Shown: in pieces, positions 1 to 10,352 of the stretch
How positions within the stretch are numbered: the first letter of the stretch is position 1
How the letters are laid out: each line of letters starts with the position of its first letter
From: Acidobacteriota bacterium
GTDB lineage: Bacteria > Acidobacteriota > UBA6911 > RPQK01 > JAJDTT01
Assembly (NCBI GenBank): GCA_965263035.1
Contig: OZ253580.1
Span: forward strand, 5,056,001 to 5,120,000
Direction of reading: 5' to 3'
DNA: 64,000 nt
Program-made: the position numbers and the translations under genes
Notes under the pieces: generated by a model
The model's database searches: none
The model's input: the letters and a program-made list of their open reading frames with translations, nothing else
Told to the model about the DNA's origin: nothing

Positions 1-211
1 ACCGTACGGAGAGCACTTGCTTGCCTTCGGAAACCGGAACCGGCTGCGTCAGCCGCTGGGCTTCGCGCAGGTAGCGATAGGCTTGGCGGGAGGAGAGCCC
101 GAGCTGGGCGGAGAGCCGTTTGACGGCATGGGGCAGGTCGGGGGAGTCCTGCAGCAGAGAGCGGGCCAGATTGAGCCGCTCGGCCTTGCCGGCTTGGGTG
201 ACACGCCCCAT
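1..211 (-). CDS. Small HTH-type DNA-binding protein, runs off the window; similar ORFs are often found upstream of serine recombinase genes
   Basis: Manual translation from ATG 211: MGRVTQAGKAERLNLARSLL...LSAQLGLSSRQAYRYLREAQ, containing an HTH-like LGLSxRQAYRYL motif. Not in the ORF track because its stop lies outside the window. Confidence 0.6.
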   Translation of the reverse strand, partial: MGRVTQAGKAERLNLARSLLQDSPDLPHAVKRLSAQLGLSSRQAYRYLREAQRLTQPVPVSEGKQVLSVR

Positions 212-220
212 ATGACATAT

Positions 221-249
221 AATATATACAGTACATGACTAGTAGTCAA
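221..249 (-). promoter_or_regulatory. Sigma-70-type promoter for the HTH gene
   Basis: Minus strand TTGACT-17 nt-TATATT, about 10 nt upstream of ATG 211, in an AT-rich patch. Confidence 0.55.
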
Positions 250-302
250 CCCTTCCGACTGTACTTGCAGACGCGGTCAAACACGAAGTTACCTTTTGTG
301 TT

Positions 303-941
303 GGTGGAGTGCTCTCACCGCTGCTGAGCAACTTGTACATGCGACGCTTCATTCTGGGCTGGAAGGGACTGGGCTACGCTCGGCGCTTCAAGGCGGAAAT
401 CGTCAACTACGCAGACGACTTTGTGGTCCTGGGCCAAGCTCCGGCCGCGATCATGCGGACGGCGGTCGAGGATCTGGTGAAGCGTCTGAAGCTGGCGTTG
501 AACGCGGAGAAGACCCGAGAGGTGCGGGTGCCGGAGGAACCGCTGGAGTTCCTCGGCTACCGGATCGGGCGCAACTACCGCCGGGATACGGGGCGAGCCT
601 ACATTGGGACGCGCCCGAGCCCGGCGAGCGTTCAGAGCCTCTGCCGCAGGGTGAGCGCGTTGACCGAGAGACGCTATGGACTCCTGGAACCCGAGCGAGT
701 CGTGGGACGCCTCAACCGGCTTCTGAACGGTTGGGCGAACTACTTCTCGTTGGGTCAGGTGAGTCCCGCTTATGCGACGATCGATCGGCACGCGACCCGG
801 CGGCTGCGCCAGTGGCTGAGCCGCAAGCACAAGGTGAGGGCCGGGAAGACGGTGCGCTTCCCGGACGAGCGACTCTGGAAGGAGTGGGAGCTCACTCGTC
901 TTGGTCCGCGAACGGCCAGCTTTCCGTGGGCGCGCGTATGA
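303..941 (+). pseudogene. Group II intron reverse transcriptase/maturase, 5'-truncated within this window
   Basis: GGVLSPLLSNLY (RT4), YADD (RT5), EFLGY (RT7), LNGWANYF (domain X). Homology starts abruptly inside the PQGG motif. No endonuclease domain. Confidence 0.9.
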
Positions 942-1104
942 TCTCGTCCGAGAGCCGGATGCGTTAGTAGCGCACGTCCGGTTCGATGAGCGGGGAGAGG
1001 AAACGGGGTCACGGTGGAGATTGAGGCACCGGCATGAGGGCGAAAGCCGCCGGCAACAGCGACTCCCTTCGACCTACGGCCGTCGCGCCTCTCCTCGACT
1101 CTAC
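303..1104 (+). mobile_element. 3' half of a group II intron (ORF remnant plus domains V and VI)
   Basis: Domain V GAGCCGGATGCG...CGCACGTCCGGTTC at about 952-985; long domain VI ending in the typical ...CTCGACTCTAC at 1104. Confidence 0.85.
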
Positions 1105-2856
1105 TCAGTAGAACAATAAACGGAAGTTGAACCGTCGTCTGGGTGATTCTTTATCCATACGAGTTCAAGAGGCAGTTTTCGTGCTCGAACGTGCCGACCA
1201 ACGGCCAGATGCAGCGCTTCTCCAGAGCCTTTTGACGCCCATCCTGCGCTTCTGAGCGACGACTCTCGACCCGGTGCCCACTCCGGGGCGCAGTCCATCC
1301 TGGGGACTCCCAAGTCGCCATCGTCCAAAGAGTTCTTTCCATCCGTTGCTAACAGCGAAGCGGGAGGGCTTGCACTTGCGTCAGAGCCGTCCTCAACAGC
1401 GCCGCATACGGATAGCTCTCGGAAAAGGACAACCAGACCTTGCGGCTGGTGATTCGGACCTGTGCCCCGATCTTCAGCAATCTCACCCGCAGGGTCCAGC
1501 TCTGCGCCCGCGCCAGCTTCGTCCCCGCCAGTCCCACCCGTCGCAACGTCTCCATCATCACGTAGGCGAACGCCGAGAAATACAACCGCAGTTGATTCCC
1601 CGCCAGCTTCCGGGTCGACGTGCGGTCCGCAAACAGACCCAGCTGCTGTTCCTTTATCCGATTCTCCATGTCTCCCCGCGCGCAGTAGACCTCCTCGTAC
1701 AATCTGCGCCCATCGCATTCCTGGACCGGGACCGAAGTCACGATGAATCGCGGGTTCTTTCCCCGGGGCAGGTGCTCCACCTTCGCCACCACCCGACGCT
1801 CGCACGACCACGTGTCCCGCGTCTGGTAGCGTAGTTCCTGGAACTGCCTCACGGCCTTGCCCATCGCCTGCTGCAACTTCCGGACGGTCTCCATCCGGGT
1901 CGCGATCCTCCGCTTCAGCCGATCGTTCTGCGCCAACCCCAGGACGTAATCGATCCCTTCCTTCTCGCACCAGACCATCAACTCGTCGTTGGAGAAGGCA
2001 CTGTCCCCTCGAACCGTGATCCGGACCTGGGGCCACGCTTCACGCAGCCGCCTCACGATCGGTTCCAACTCCGCCACCACCCCGTGGGCCGCGCCTCGAT
2101 CCGCCGTGCGCAGCCGCGCACACAACAGATGTTCCCCACAGAAGACGTACAGCGGCAGGTAGCAGTAGCGTTTGTAATAGCCGTGGAAGAACCGTCCCTC
2201 CTGCTTCCCATGCAGCGGATCGTCCGTGGCGTCTACATCCAGGATCACCTCCTCCGGGGGCTCCGGATGCGCTTCCACAAACACCTCCAGCAGCAGCTCG
2301 TCCATCCCCGCCGGGTCGGCCACGATCTTCTTGTACGCGCCCTCCGGTCCCTCCAACGGAGTCCGCTCCAGTCGGTTCAGGGTGCTCTTGCCTGCCAGCG
2401 GCTTGCCTCGATCCGACTCCACGCGCCGGAACTCCCCCGTCAGATCATCTCGATCACACAACAGCGCCAAGAGCCGGTCCCGGCACAACTCGTCGTGGTC
2501 GTTGAGGTCCTCGTAGCCCAGGCACAGCCCCAGCACCCGCTGTTTGATCAACGCCTCCACCGGGTGTTCGACTCGATCCGAGTCTCGATAGTCGGTGAAG
2601 CATTCGCTCAGACGACCCAGAATCCGGGTCCGCTGCTCCACTTCGCGCAGGAGCACGCCACCGGCGTCGGAGGTGATCTCGCCGCCGTCGAACCGGCCCA
2701 CGACATCCCGTCCGTCCAGGCCCTGAAATCTGAGCTTTGTTCTGGTACACTCTGCGGTCATAAGGTCGCGTCCCTTCTGCTTTGTAAGTTATTGATTACA
2801 CAACACTTATAGCAGAATACGCGGCCTTTATCAATCTTTCTGTTGAGATATCCGGG
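1105..2856 (-). mobile_element. IS1380 element, one end visible
   Basis: Terminal CCCGGATATCTCA on the minus strand starting at 2856. No matching inverted repeat between 1105 and 1349; it is probably displaced by the intron. Confidence 0.7.
1349..2761 (-). CDS. IS1380 family DDE transposase
   Basis: FDGGEITSDAGG, GYEDLNDHD, LAGKSTLNRLE, LDVDATDDPLHGKQEG, RGDSAF, YCARGDMENRIKE motifs. Confidence 0.93.
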   Translation of the reverse strand: MTAECTRTKLRFQGLDGRDVVGRFDGGEITSDAGGVLLREVEQRTRILGRLSECFTDYRDSDRVEHPVEALIKQRVLGLCLGYEDLNDHDELCRDRLLALLCDRDDLTGEFRRVESDRGKPLAGKSTLNRLERTPLEGPEGAYKKIVADPAGMDELLLEVFVEAHPEPPEEVILDVDATDDPLHGKQEGRFFHGYYKRYCYLPLYVFCGEHLLCARLRTADRGAAHGVVAELEPIVRRLREAWPQVRITVRGDSAFSNDELMVWCEKEGIDYVLGLAQNDRLKRRIATRMETVRKLQQAMGKAVRQFQELRYQTRDTWSCERRVVAKVEHLPRGKNPRFIVTSVPVQECDGRRLYEEVYCARGDMENRIKEQQLGLFADRTSTRKLAGNQLRLYFSAFAYVMMETLRRVGLAGTKLARAQSWTLRVRLLKIGAQVRITSRKVWLSFSESYPYAALLRTALTQVQALPLRC

Positions 2857-5568
2857 CTAGCGCAGCTGGAAAGCGAAGGTCTTCTCACCGTCGAACCCTT
2901 GCGGCAGGATGACGGATCGCTTGCTGAAATGGTTCGCTTCACCTTCGAGCGTTTCAGCGATCATGCTATAGCCTCGCGTTTGCTCGATGACCACCTCAAT
3001 ACCAACGATGTGGCTAGTTCCTTTCGAGCCGGGCAGCCTCTCCATAATTGTGTTTTTGGGTCGAAAAATTATGAACGCGCCGGAATCATCGAAGCGGTGG
3101 CCATTCAACTCCCGGAACGGACCGGCGCTGAGATATTGGATGTTGGATCTGAGACTTCGTATACAGTGCAGGAAGCTTTTCTGGATAGCCTTCTCTGGCG
3201 TGAGCAGTCTCAATTCACAGATCGCACGTTCGAACTGGTTCGAGGCTTGATGCAGACGGACGAGTTGAACGACCTGCTAATCTCAATCACCACCGAGCCA
3301 TCCAACAAATTCAATGCGGTCTTCGTCCATGAGCGGCTCATGAAAATGACGATGCCGGAACGCGATGCACGTTGGTCGGTCTACTTGGCACTGCGTGGCT
3401 TCGACGGGCCTGTCGAGACATTGATTTCCTGGGCGCTTCACAATGATCTCAAGCACATGGACCAGGATCGTGCGTACCTGGCTGCGACAATGCTCACTTG
3501 GTTCCTCACCACGTCGCATCGAGAGGTCAGGGATAAGGGCACCAAGGCCCTTGCCAGCGTGTTGAGCCGGCGGCTTCCACTTGCGGCTCGTTTGCTGGGG
3601 GACTTCGTGAGTGTGAATGATCTCTACGTTCTTGAGCGTCTGTTGGCTGCTTGCTACGGTGCCGCTCTTCAAGGAAAGGGGGAAGCGGGGCTCGGAAAAC
3701 TCGCCCAAGTGGTTTTCGACACGATCTTTGCCAGCGGGAGACCACCGGCACACGCGCTTCTACGCGACCATGCCCAAGGCATTGTTGAGTACGCAGCGTG
3801 GTGCGGCGTACTGAATAACTCAATCGACCTTGCGCTTGCACGTCCGCCATTTCAAAGTCCCTGGCCTATCGAAACGGTACCGGACGAATTGATCGATAGT
3901 TATACCGAGGATCGTGGGCGCGGAGCCGTTGGTGACGCGATTGTCTTCTCCACCGTCCATGAGGGCGACTTTGCACGGTATGTAGTTGATCCGAAAGTAG
4001 GCAGGTGGAGCCCCGCAAAACTCGGGACAACGCCGGTTCCGACTTCGCTCGACATTTGCAGAATCTGGATGCAGGAATTTATTGCCAATGCAACTGAAGA
4101 CCAACGGGAGGCCTTTAACGCGTACGTTGTCGCTGCCGAGGGTGTCGAGGATTTACAGGGCCATCAGTCCAGTCCAGAGACGGAACGGTTGGCCTCCGCC
4201 GAGATTGCCCTTCAGCAAACGATGACGTCGGACCAATGGGAAGACTTTCGAGTTCGAGCAAAGGACTTCATCTGCCGGATATTCTCCACGGATCACTTCC
4301 AAAAACGGACCGCGCACTTCGACGTCCATTGGGGTCGTAGATGGATCTGCAAGCGAGCCCATGAACTCGGTTGGACATCGGAACGCTTTGGAGATTTCGA
4401 CAATCGTTCCCAAGGCTACGGCCGGAACGACCACAAGGTCGAACGCATCGGCAAGAAATACCAATGGCTCGCGCTCCACGAACTTATCGCCCGCATGGGA
4501 GACAATCTGGCTTCCTTAGGTAATCACTGGTCAGAAGAAAATGACGAATTGCCGCTATATCAAGGAGCCCGTGAGGTCGGATTACGCGATATCGATCCGT
4601 CCTTCTTGACCACTCAGACCCATTACGACGGCTGGGGCGAGTGGGGCAGAACGTGGTGGGTCCCTTTCAATCCTCAATTTCGCGCGATGGCTCCTCACGA
4701 GCGTTTTGCCTGGCTGCAAAGCGACCGCGATATCATCAACGACAGAGCTCTGATCGATTTACGTAATCCAAAGACAGGCCGCAGGTGGCTGGCCCTCTCT
4801 GGATCTTCGGGTTGGAAGGGTGGTGGCATACGGGATGGGAAGAAGGAGTTTCAGCGTGAGACGTGGTTTCGTCTCACCTGCATCGTTGTTCACCGCGAGG
4901 ATCAAACGAAGATGGTCGAGAGCCTCCGAGACAAGATTCTGACAAATCCTGGCTCATTTCCACAGATCGAACTTGATTCTCACCACTATTACCTTGGTGA
5001 ATATCATTGGCGCCCTGAGATTAGTGAGTTCGACCGCTGGAGTTCGCACGATGATTGGCAGGCTTTCGCCGTGCCAATACGCCCGACGGTCGCCTCCTAC
5101 GTGTGCGAGAGCGGGGGCTATGACCTCTCGATCGATCGGACGACTAGAGTAAAAATCCCTGTCCCCTGGCTGTCCAAGGAAATGGGGCTTCGGCTGTCGA
5201 GTGGGAGATCTTTGATTCTTGTCAACTCAGACGGGCGAGACACATTCTATGATCCGTCCGTTGTCGAATCTGGCCCCGCTGCGGCCCTTGTTGATTACGA
5301 CGACTTCCTTCAGGTTCTCAATCAGAAAGATCTTTCTGCAATCTGGGTGATCGCCGGTGAAAAGAGCGCCTACGGTGGGAGTACCGTAGGCTCAGGGTTT
5401 GGTGGCCGCTTGCATCACACTACGATCTATCGCCTTGACGGGGATGTCTTTACACCGTACCTCTACAAGGATCGGATACATCCGACCGAGCGTCAGCTTG
5501 AGATATTTTTCGGAGATGACCCCGTACCTCCTGGGATTGCTACTCGGACTGTGGTCTCGGAGACTTGA
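2857..5568 (+). pseudogene. avs2: C-terminal part of an Avs2-like (AVAST type 2) STAND NTPase, interrupted by IS1380
   Basis: Frame is open right up to the IS end (LAQLESEGLL...RFTFERFSDH, winged-helix-like). Contains RDKGTKAL, NDLYVLERL, ERIGKKYQWLALHE and RDIDPS. No Walker A motif in the remaining part. Lower GC than flanks. Confidence 0.65.
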
Positions 5569-5899
5569 CCCTCGGCGAAGCGGTCGTTGTTACAAAGAGA
5601 TCGTGAAGGTGCGGCATGCGAGTCTCATTCCGTCGGGTGAGGCGGTGAGCTTATCCCGCATTTTCCTCCACGCCGCTGAGCGTATGAGGACGAAGACCTT
5701 ATGGTCAGGCATTTACGCATTTTTTATCCAAGTCCCCCGGGACACAGACTGCGCTTGGGGCGCGCTCGCTGGTAACTCTCGACTCCAGCGCACGAATGAC
5801 CCCTTAAACGCAGTTCCCTGCTACGCTCTCGATTACGAGCAGGCGCTGATAGCGATAATCCCGCGCGATCATCGCGCCCCCCGGTGAGAAATACGGGCT

Positions 5900-6214
5900 C
5901 TAAGCGGCCACGCCAGGTTGGGGCGTCACTTCTTTGTCGAGTCGATCCTTGAGGACAGCTTTCGCTGTTTCAAGCTCGTAGCGAGACTGCAAATTCATCC
6001 AGAATCGAGCGGAGTTTCCAAAGTACCTGCTTAACCGGAGCGCCGTGTCTGCCGTGATGGCGCGCTTCTCGTGAAAGATCTCATTGATCCGGCGGGGTGG
6101 CACCGAGATGTCCTTGGCCAGCCGGTATTGGGTCAGGCCCATCGGCTTCATGAACTCCTCCCGCAGAATTTCTCCTGGATGGATGGGTTTAAGGGTCTGG
6201 TCTCTCTGATCCAT
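5900..6214 (-). CDS. higA: HigA family antitoxin
   Basis: PIHPGEILREEF...RINEI...RAITADTALRLSRYFG..FWMNLQ. Confidence 0.93.
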   Translation of the reverse strand: MDQRDQTLKPIHPGEILREEFMKPMGLTQYRLAKDISVPPRRINEIFHEKRAITADTALRLSRYFGNSARFWMNLQSRYELETAKAVLKDRLDKEVTPQPGVAA

Positions 6215-6239
6215 TGATCAGTCTCCTTCTACCCTCCTG

Positions 6240-6521
6240 CTAGTGGTAGTCCACCACCTCCACGTCAAACGCGTCGCCGGTCTCCCAGTGAAAGCAGATC
6301 CGCCATTGTCGATTGATCCGGACGCTATATTGGCCTTTGCGGTTGCCCGAGAGCGCCTCCAGCCGGCTGGAGGGTATCACCTTGAGGTCCCTGAGCGATT
6401 CGGCTGCGTCCAGCATTTCCAGCTTCCTGAGTGCAACTTTCTTCAAACCCGGCGGAAACTTCCGTTGAAGTCGCCTGTTGAAGAGCTTTTCGGTGTCCTT
6501 GCAGTGGAAGCTCTTGATCAG
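6240..6521 (-). CDS. higB: HigB (RelE/ParE superfamily) toxin; start extended to CTG 6521
   Basis: (L/M)IKSFHCKDTEKLF...ALRKLEMLDAA...RLEALSGNRKGQYSVRINRQWRICF...VDYH; lies upstream of higA. Confidence 0.88.
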   Translation of the reverse strand: MIKSFHCKDTEKLFNRRLQRKFPPGLKKVALRKLEMLDAAESLRDLKVIPSSRLEALSGNRKGQYSVRINRQWRICFHWETGDAFDVEVVDYH

Positions 6522-6527
6522 GGAAGG

Positions 6528-6556
6528 ATAATAACTTGGCGCGTTAAGGTTGTCAA
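6528..6556 (-). promoter_or_regulatory. higBA promoter with an operator-like spacer
   Basis: TTGACA-17 nt-TATTAT; the spacer contains the imperfect palindrome TAACGCGCCAAGTTA. Confidence 0.75.
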
Positions 6557-6630
6557 GCGTTATGGTCTGGAAGTTCCCGGAAAAATAAGGTGGAATCGCC
6601 TTAAGTCATTTGTCGCCGACCTTCGGGCCG

Positions 6631-8115
6631 TCAGCGGAACCGCAGCGAGTAGAGGTCCGCGTCCTTCATCACGAAACGCAACCGCACCGGCTGCCCCGAG
6701 ATACGCGCCAGAGGCTTGGACGTGTCGGCCTGGGTGTGACTTCGTTCCCACCGGACCGTGTGCTCGATCTCGTCGCCCCAGATCAACGGAGACTCCTCCA
6801 GAGCGAATCCGGCCAGGGGCCGTCCGCCGGCGTCCTGGATCTCCACCCGAATGCTTCCCGCCGCCGAGGTCGCGAAGTTCAACGCCAGGTTCTCTCCCCG
6901 AAAGGTCAGCGGCCGGGTGATCAGTTCACCTCCTGCCGGGCCCGCATGCACCGACATGAATCCGTCGGTCCGGACCACCATCCGTTCCAGATAGTTGGTG
7001 GGGAACGTGTAGTGGCGTTGGACGAACAGGGAGATTTCGTCCGGCGCCGTGGCCAGCAGGCCCCAGGCGGGGGTGTTGGAGCGATGGGACCAGTTGCGCA
7101 TTTCGCGCCCCGGTCGGATGAAGGCGTCCAGTTGGCGGTTCCAGTGGATCGCGTCGCGGCTGGACATGAAGATGGCGTCGGAGCAACCGCCGGCATGAGC
7201 CTGATTGAAGGGACCCCGCGTCTTCCAGGGGTGGAAACGCCGCGGGAAAGCAAAATAGATGTGGGGCGCTCTGAAATAAGGCCGGGTCGCGTTCGTGTAG
7301 AGGTGCTCGGCAGGCGCATCCCCGAACTCGCCCCATTGTCCCGGCGTCCAGTTCCTGAAGTCGGTGGAGGTGGCGATCTTGATGGTCCGTACTCCGAGCT
7401 TGAAATCGCGGTAGACGGAGACGTACCGCTCGCGGACCGTGTCCCAGAAGGCCAGATTGGGAGAGTCGAAGGCCCCGTCCGTGATGATGGGTTCCTCTCT
7501 CAACTCCTTCCAATGGATCCCGTCCGGAGAGGTGAAAGCGTACAGCGCCCCTCGATCCGGACCCACGGCTTTGTAGAGTTCGGAGGCGGGCGCCTGTGGG
7601 TTCGAGTCCTTGAAGGGGAGAAAGGCCCCTGTACCCCTTCCCATCCAGACGATGTTGTTGTCCCTGGATCCTTCGTACTCGTATAGCCCCAGCGAGGGCC
7701 GGGACCAGTGGATCCCGTCTCGACTCTCGGCGTAGCACGCGGTGTGGGGGTGCTCGGGGATCACCTCTTCGGAGGGCTCCAGCAGCGACTCCAGGGCGTA
7801 TCCGCGATGACTACTGCCCCGGTAGTACATTCGGTAGAGATCGCCGTCCTGGAAGACTACGGTAGTGCTGCCACTGGTCACTCCCTCCCAGGGACGGTCG
7901 AAGACCATCACCTTTCCGGCGGACCGAGGGGAGTGGAGCTTGAGTTCCAGATCGCTCATGGTGTCGATGAGGTAGTCGTCGACGAAGAGCTCCAGCCGGG
8001 AATCCAGTTCCCGGACCTCGCCGGTAGCCTTCAGTTTCTTGTGCTGCCCGCCTACGAGGGCTGGGGACGAGATCAGGATCAAGACGAGTAATGGGCAAGG
8101 GAATCGAAATCTCAA
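6631..8115 (-). CDS. Secreted beta-propeller glycoside hydrolase-like protein (GH32/43/130 clan-like)
   Basis: Signal peptide, LELFVDDYLI, repeated SxDGIHW blade motifs, C-terminal LRFVMKDADLYSLRF. Confidence 0.6.
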   Translation of the reverse strand: MRFRFPCPLLVLILISSPALVGGQHKKLKATGEVRELDSRLELFVDDYLIDTMSDLELKLHSPRSAGKVMVFDRPWEGVTSGSTTVVFQDGDLYRMYYRGSSHRGYALESLLEPSEEVIPEHPHTACYAESRDGIHWSRPSLGLYEYEGSRDNNIVWMGRGTGAFLPFKDSNPQAPASELYKAVGPDRGALYAFTSPDGIHWKELREEPIITDGAFDSPNLAFWDTVRERYVSVYRDFKLGVRTIKIATSTDFRNWTPGQWGEFGDAPAEHLYTNATRPYFRAPHIYFAFPRRFHPWKTRGPFNQAHAGGCSDAIFMSSRDAIHWNRQLDAFIRPGREMRNWSHRSNTPAWGLLATAPDEISLFVQRHYTFPTNYLERMVVRTDGFMSVHAGPAGGELITRPLTFRGENLALNFATSAAGSIRVEIQDAGGRPLAGFALEESPLIWGDEIEHTVRWERSHTQADTSKPLARISGQPVRLRFVMKDADLYSLRFR

Positions 8116-8669
8116 GGGTGCTTCTCCCCGTTGGTTTCTCCATTGACGGCGGCGCCGTACAGCTCGAAACGAGCCCGGACCGTGCCGCCGGGGTGGTTCT
8201 CGTGAAATAGGATGGAAACTATTCCTGTTGGGTCCTCGCTACGGTACAGCCGAAGCGTGGCGTTCCAGAATCGGCGTGTCTCCAGGTATTGGGGCATGCC
8301 GGTCTTGCTCTTGTGGCGCTCGGCGTCGGTTCCGATGGGGACGGCGGTGGGGTGCAGGTGCACCGTTCCCACAAGAGGCGACCCGGCCGGGGTGGCCCAA
8401 TCGTTCGCCTCCATGGGATCAGCTCGGAGGGCGACCGGCGCGCCCGACGGAGGGAGGAAACGCAGCCAGAAGGCTCCTGCTTCGGACCGGACCTCCAAAT
8501 CGAAGGGACCCTTCTCCAGAACGCTCCCGTCAGCCGTTCGAAGACTCGAAGGCAGTCGGACCTTCCCGACAAAAGGGGCGGCGCTCTGGGGCAGGGGACC
8601 CGCCGCCGCTGCGGAAATCAATCCCAGGAAGGCCAGGACCCGCCACGCCGTCTCACGCCGAATGGCCAA
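8112..8669 (-). CDS. Hypothetical secreted protein
   Basis: Signal peptide-like N-terminus; overlaps both neighbours in an operon. Confidence 0.6.
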   Translation of the reverse strand: MAIRRETAWRVLAFLGLISAAAAGPLPQSAAPFVGKVRLPSSLRTADGSVLEKGPFDLEVRSEAGAFWLRFLPPSGAPVALRADPMEANDWATPAGSPLVGTVHLHPTAVPIGTDAERHKSKTGMPQYLETRRFWNATLRLYRSEDPTGIVSILFHENHPGGTVRARFELYGAAVNGETNGEKHP

Positions 8670-10125
8670 ACGACCTCCCAGTCAGCTGCCGGTACAGATC
8701 CTCGCCCGCCTCTCCCGCTTCGCCGACACCGCTGAGGCGCCGGTCCAGGCCCTGGAAGAAGTAGGTCAACCTGCGGTGGTCCAGTCCCATCAGCCCCAGC
8801 ATGGCGGAGTGGAGGTCGTTGACGTGCATCTTGTCCTCCATGGCTACGAAACCCAGATCGTCGGTGGCGCCGATGGTCTGGCCTCCGCGAACACCGCCTC
8901 CTGCCATCCAGGCGCTGAAGCCGAATGGATTGTGATCGCGCCCCTCCTTGCCCTGCATGACCGGAGTCCGGCCGAACTCGCCCGTGGAAACGACCAGGGT
9001 GCTCTCCAGCAGACCCCGCTGTTTGAGATCTTCCAGCAGAGCGGCCATGGGCTGGTCCGTCTTCCACGAGTTCTTCATGTGGTTCTTGTCGCACTCGCCG
9101 TGAGCGTCCCAGCCGCCGCTGTAGAGATGGACGAAGCGGACTCCCCGCTCCACCATTCGCCGGGCCAGCAGACACATGCGGCCGAACTTATGGGTCTGAT
9201 CCTGATCCAGTCCGTACATTCGCTTCACGTGCTCCGGCTCTCCCGAGAGGTCGATGAGCTCGGGCGCCGCCATCTGCATGCGGAAAGCCAACTCGTAGTT
9301 CCGGATTCTCGCCTCCAGGCGGCTGTCCCCGGGCCGGGTCTGCAGATGCGTCCGGTTCCATCCCCCGATTCTCTCGAGCAGAGCCCGCTGCCGGTTCAGG
9401 TCCATCTGGGAAGGGGGCCGCAGGTTCTGGAAGGGCTGGCCCTCCGTATTGATGAGCGTCCCCTGGTAGATCGCCGGGAGGAAGCCGGTGCTGAAGTTGG
9501 AGGTGCTGGACCGAAAGATGCTGTCGGTCATCACGATGTAGGAGGGCAGGTTGTCCGTGTCGCTCCCCAAGCCGTACAGGACCCAGGAGCCCATGCTCGG
9601 ACTGCCCAACTGCAGGCTCCCCGTGTGCAGGTAGGTGAGAGCCGGACCGTGGACGAACGACTCGTGGTGACAGGACCGGATGACGGCCATGTCGTCCGCG
9701 TGTTTCGCGAGTCCTTCGAAGAGATCGGAAACCTCGATGCCGGATTGCCCCCGCTTCTTGAAGGTCCGGCGACTGGCCATGAGCTTGGACTCGTAGGGAT
9801 TGATCTGGGCCAGTTCCAGGTCCGTCCGGAAGCTGGAGGGAAGAGGTTGGCCGTCGTAGCGCTCCAAGACGGGCTTGGGGTCGAAGCTGTCCACCTGGCT
9901 CAAGCCGCCCTGCATGAAGAGGAAGATGACGCTCTTGGCCTGGGACGGAAAGTGGGGTTCTTTGGGAGCGAGAGGATAAACGGGCCGGTCGATGCCGGCG
10001 AGGAGTCGGCCCTCCTGTTCCAAAAGACCGCCCAGGGCCAGCGAGCCGAACCCGAAGGAGGAGGCCTTCAGAAAATCGCGCCGTGAACCGACCTGAACGG
10101 CGCCCTGGCAAGCGTTGGTAATCAA
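8653..10125 (-). CDS. DUF1501 domain protein (Tat-like signal)
   Basis: SRRDFLK, AKSVIFLFMQGGLSQVDSFDPKP, CLLARRMVERGVRFV, GEFGRTP, GRDH; RBS AAGGAGAGG. Confidence 0.9.
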   Translation of the reverse strand: MITNACQGAVQVGSRRDFLKASSFGFGSLALGGLLEQEGRLLAGIDRPVYPLAPKEPHFPSQAKSVIFLFMQGGLSQVDSFDPKPVLERYDGQPLPSSFRTDLELAQINPYESKLMASRRTFKKRGQSGIEVSDLFEGLAKHADDMAVIRSCHHESFVHGPALTYLHTGSLQLGSPSMGSWVLYGLGSDTDNLPSYIVMTDSIFRSSTSNFSTGFLPAIYQGTLINTEGQPFQNLRPPSQMDLNRQRALLERIGGWNRTHLQTRPGDSRLEARIRNYELAFRMQMAAPELIDLSGEPEHVKRMYGLDQDQTHKFGRMCLLARRMVERGVRFVHLYSGGWDAHGECDKNHMKNSWKTDQPMAALLEDLKQRGLLESTLVVSTGEFGRTPVMQGKEGRDHNPFGFSAWMAGGGVRGGQTIGATDDLGFVAMEDKMHVNDLHSAMLGLMGLDHRRLTYFFQGLDRRLSGVGEAGEAGEDLYRQLTGRSFGHSA

Positions 10126-10189
10126 GTTCCTCTCCTTGAATCGATGTTCCTATTGAAGCCCTGCGGACACGGCACCGTCAAGATAGGAG

Positions 10190-10269
10190 GGGGGACATCT
10201 TGTCCCCCACTGGGAAGGGGGACACCCCTGTCCCCCAAAACCCAAGATTCGCGGGTTGCAAAACCCGCG
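10190..10269. repeat. Cluster of three REP-like palindromes
   Basis: GGGGGACA-TCT-TGTCCCCC, GGGGGACA-CCCC-TGTCCCCC, CGCGGGTT-GCAA-AACCCGCG. Confidence 0.6.
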
Positions 10270-10352
10270 TTGCTATCCCAAACCAATCCACATCCTCCGA
10301 CGATTCTCCGGGTCCGGCGTTATCCAACACGGATTCTCCCATGTTTCGGCAA

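Noticed and set aside
303-1104. Retron, DGR or defence-associated reverse transcriptase
   Set aside because: Maturase domain X and canonical domains V and VI identify a group II intron; no TR/VR pair or msr-msd seen.
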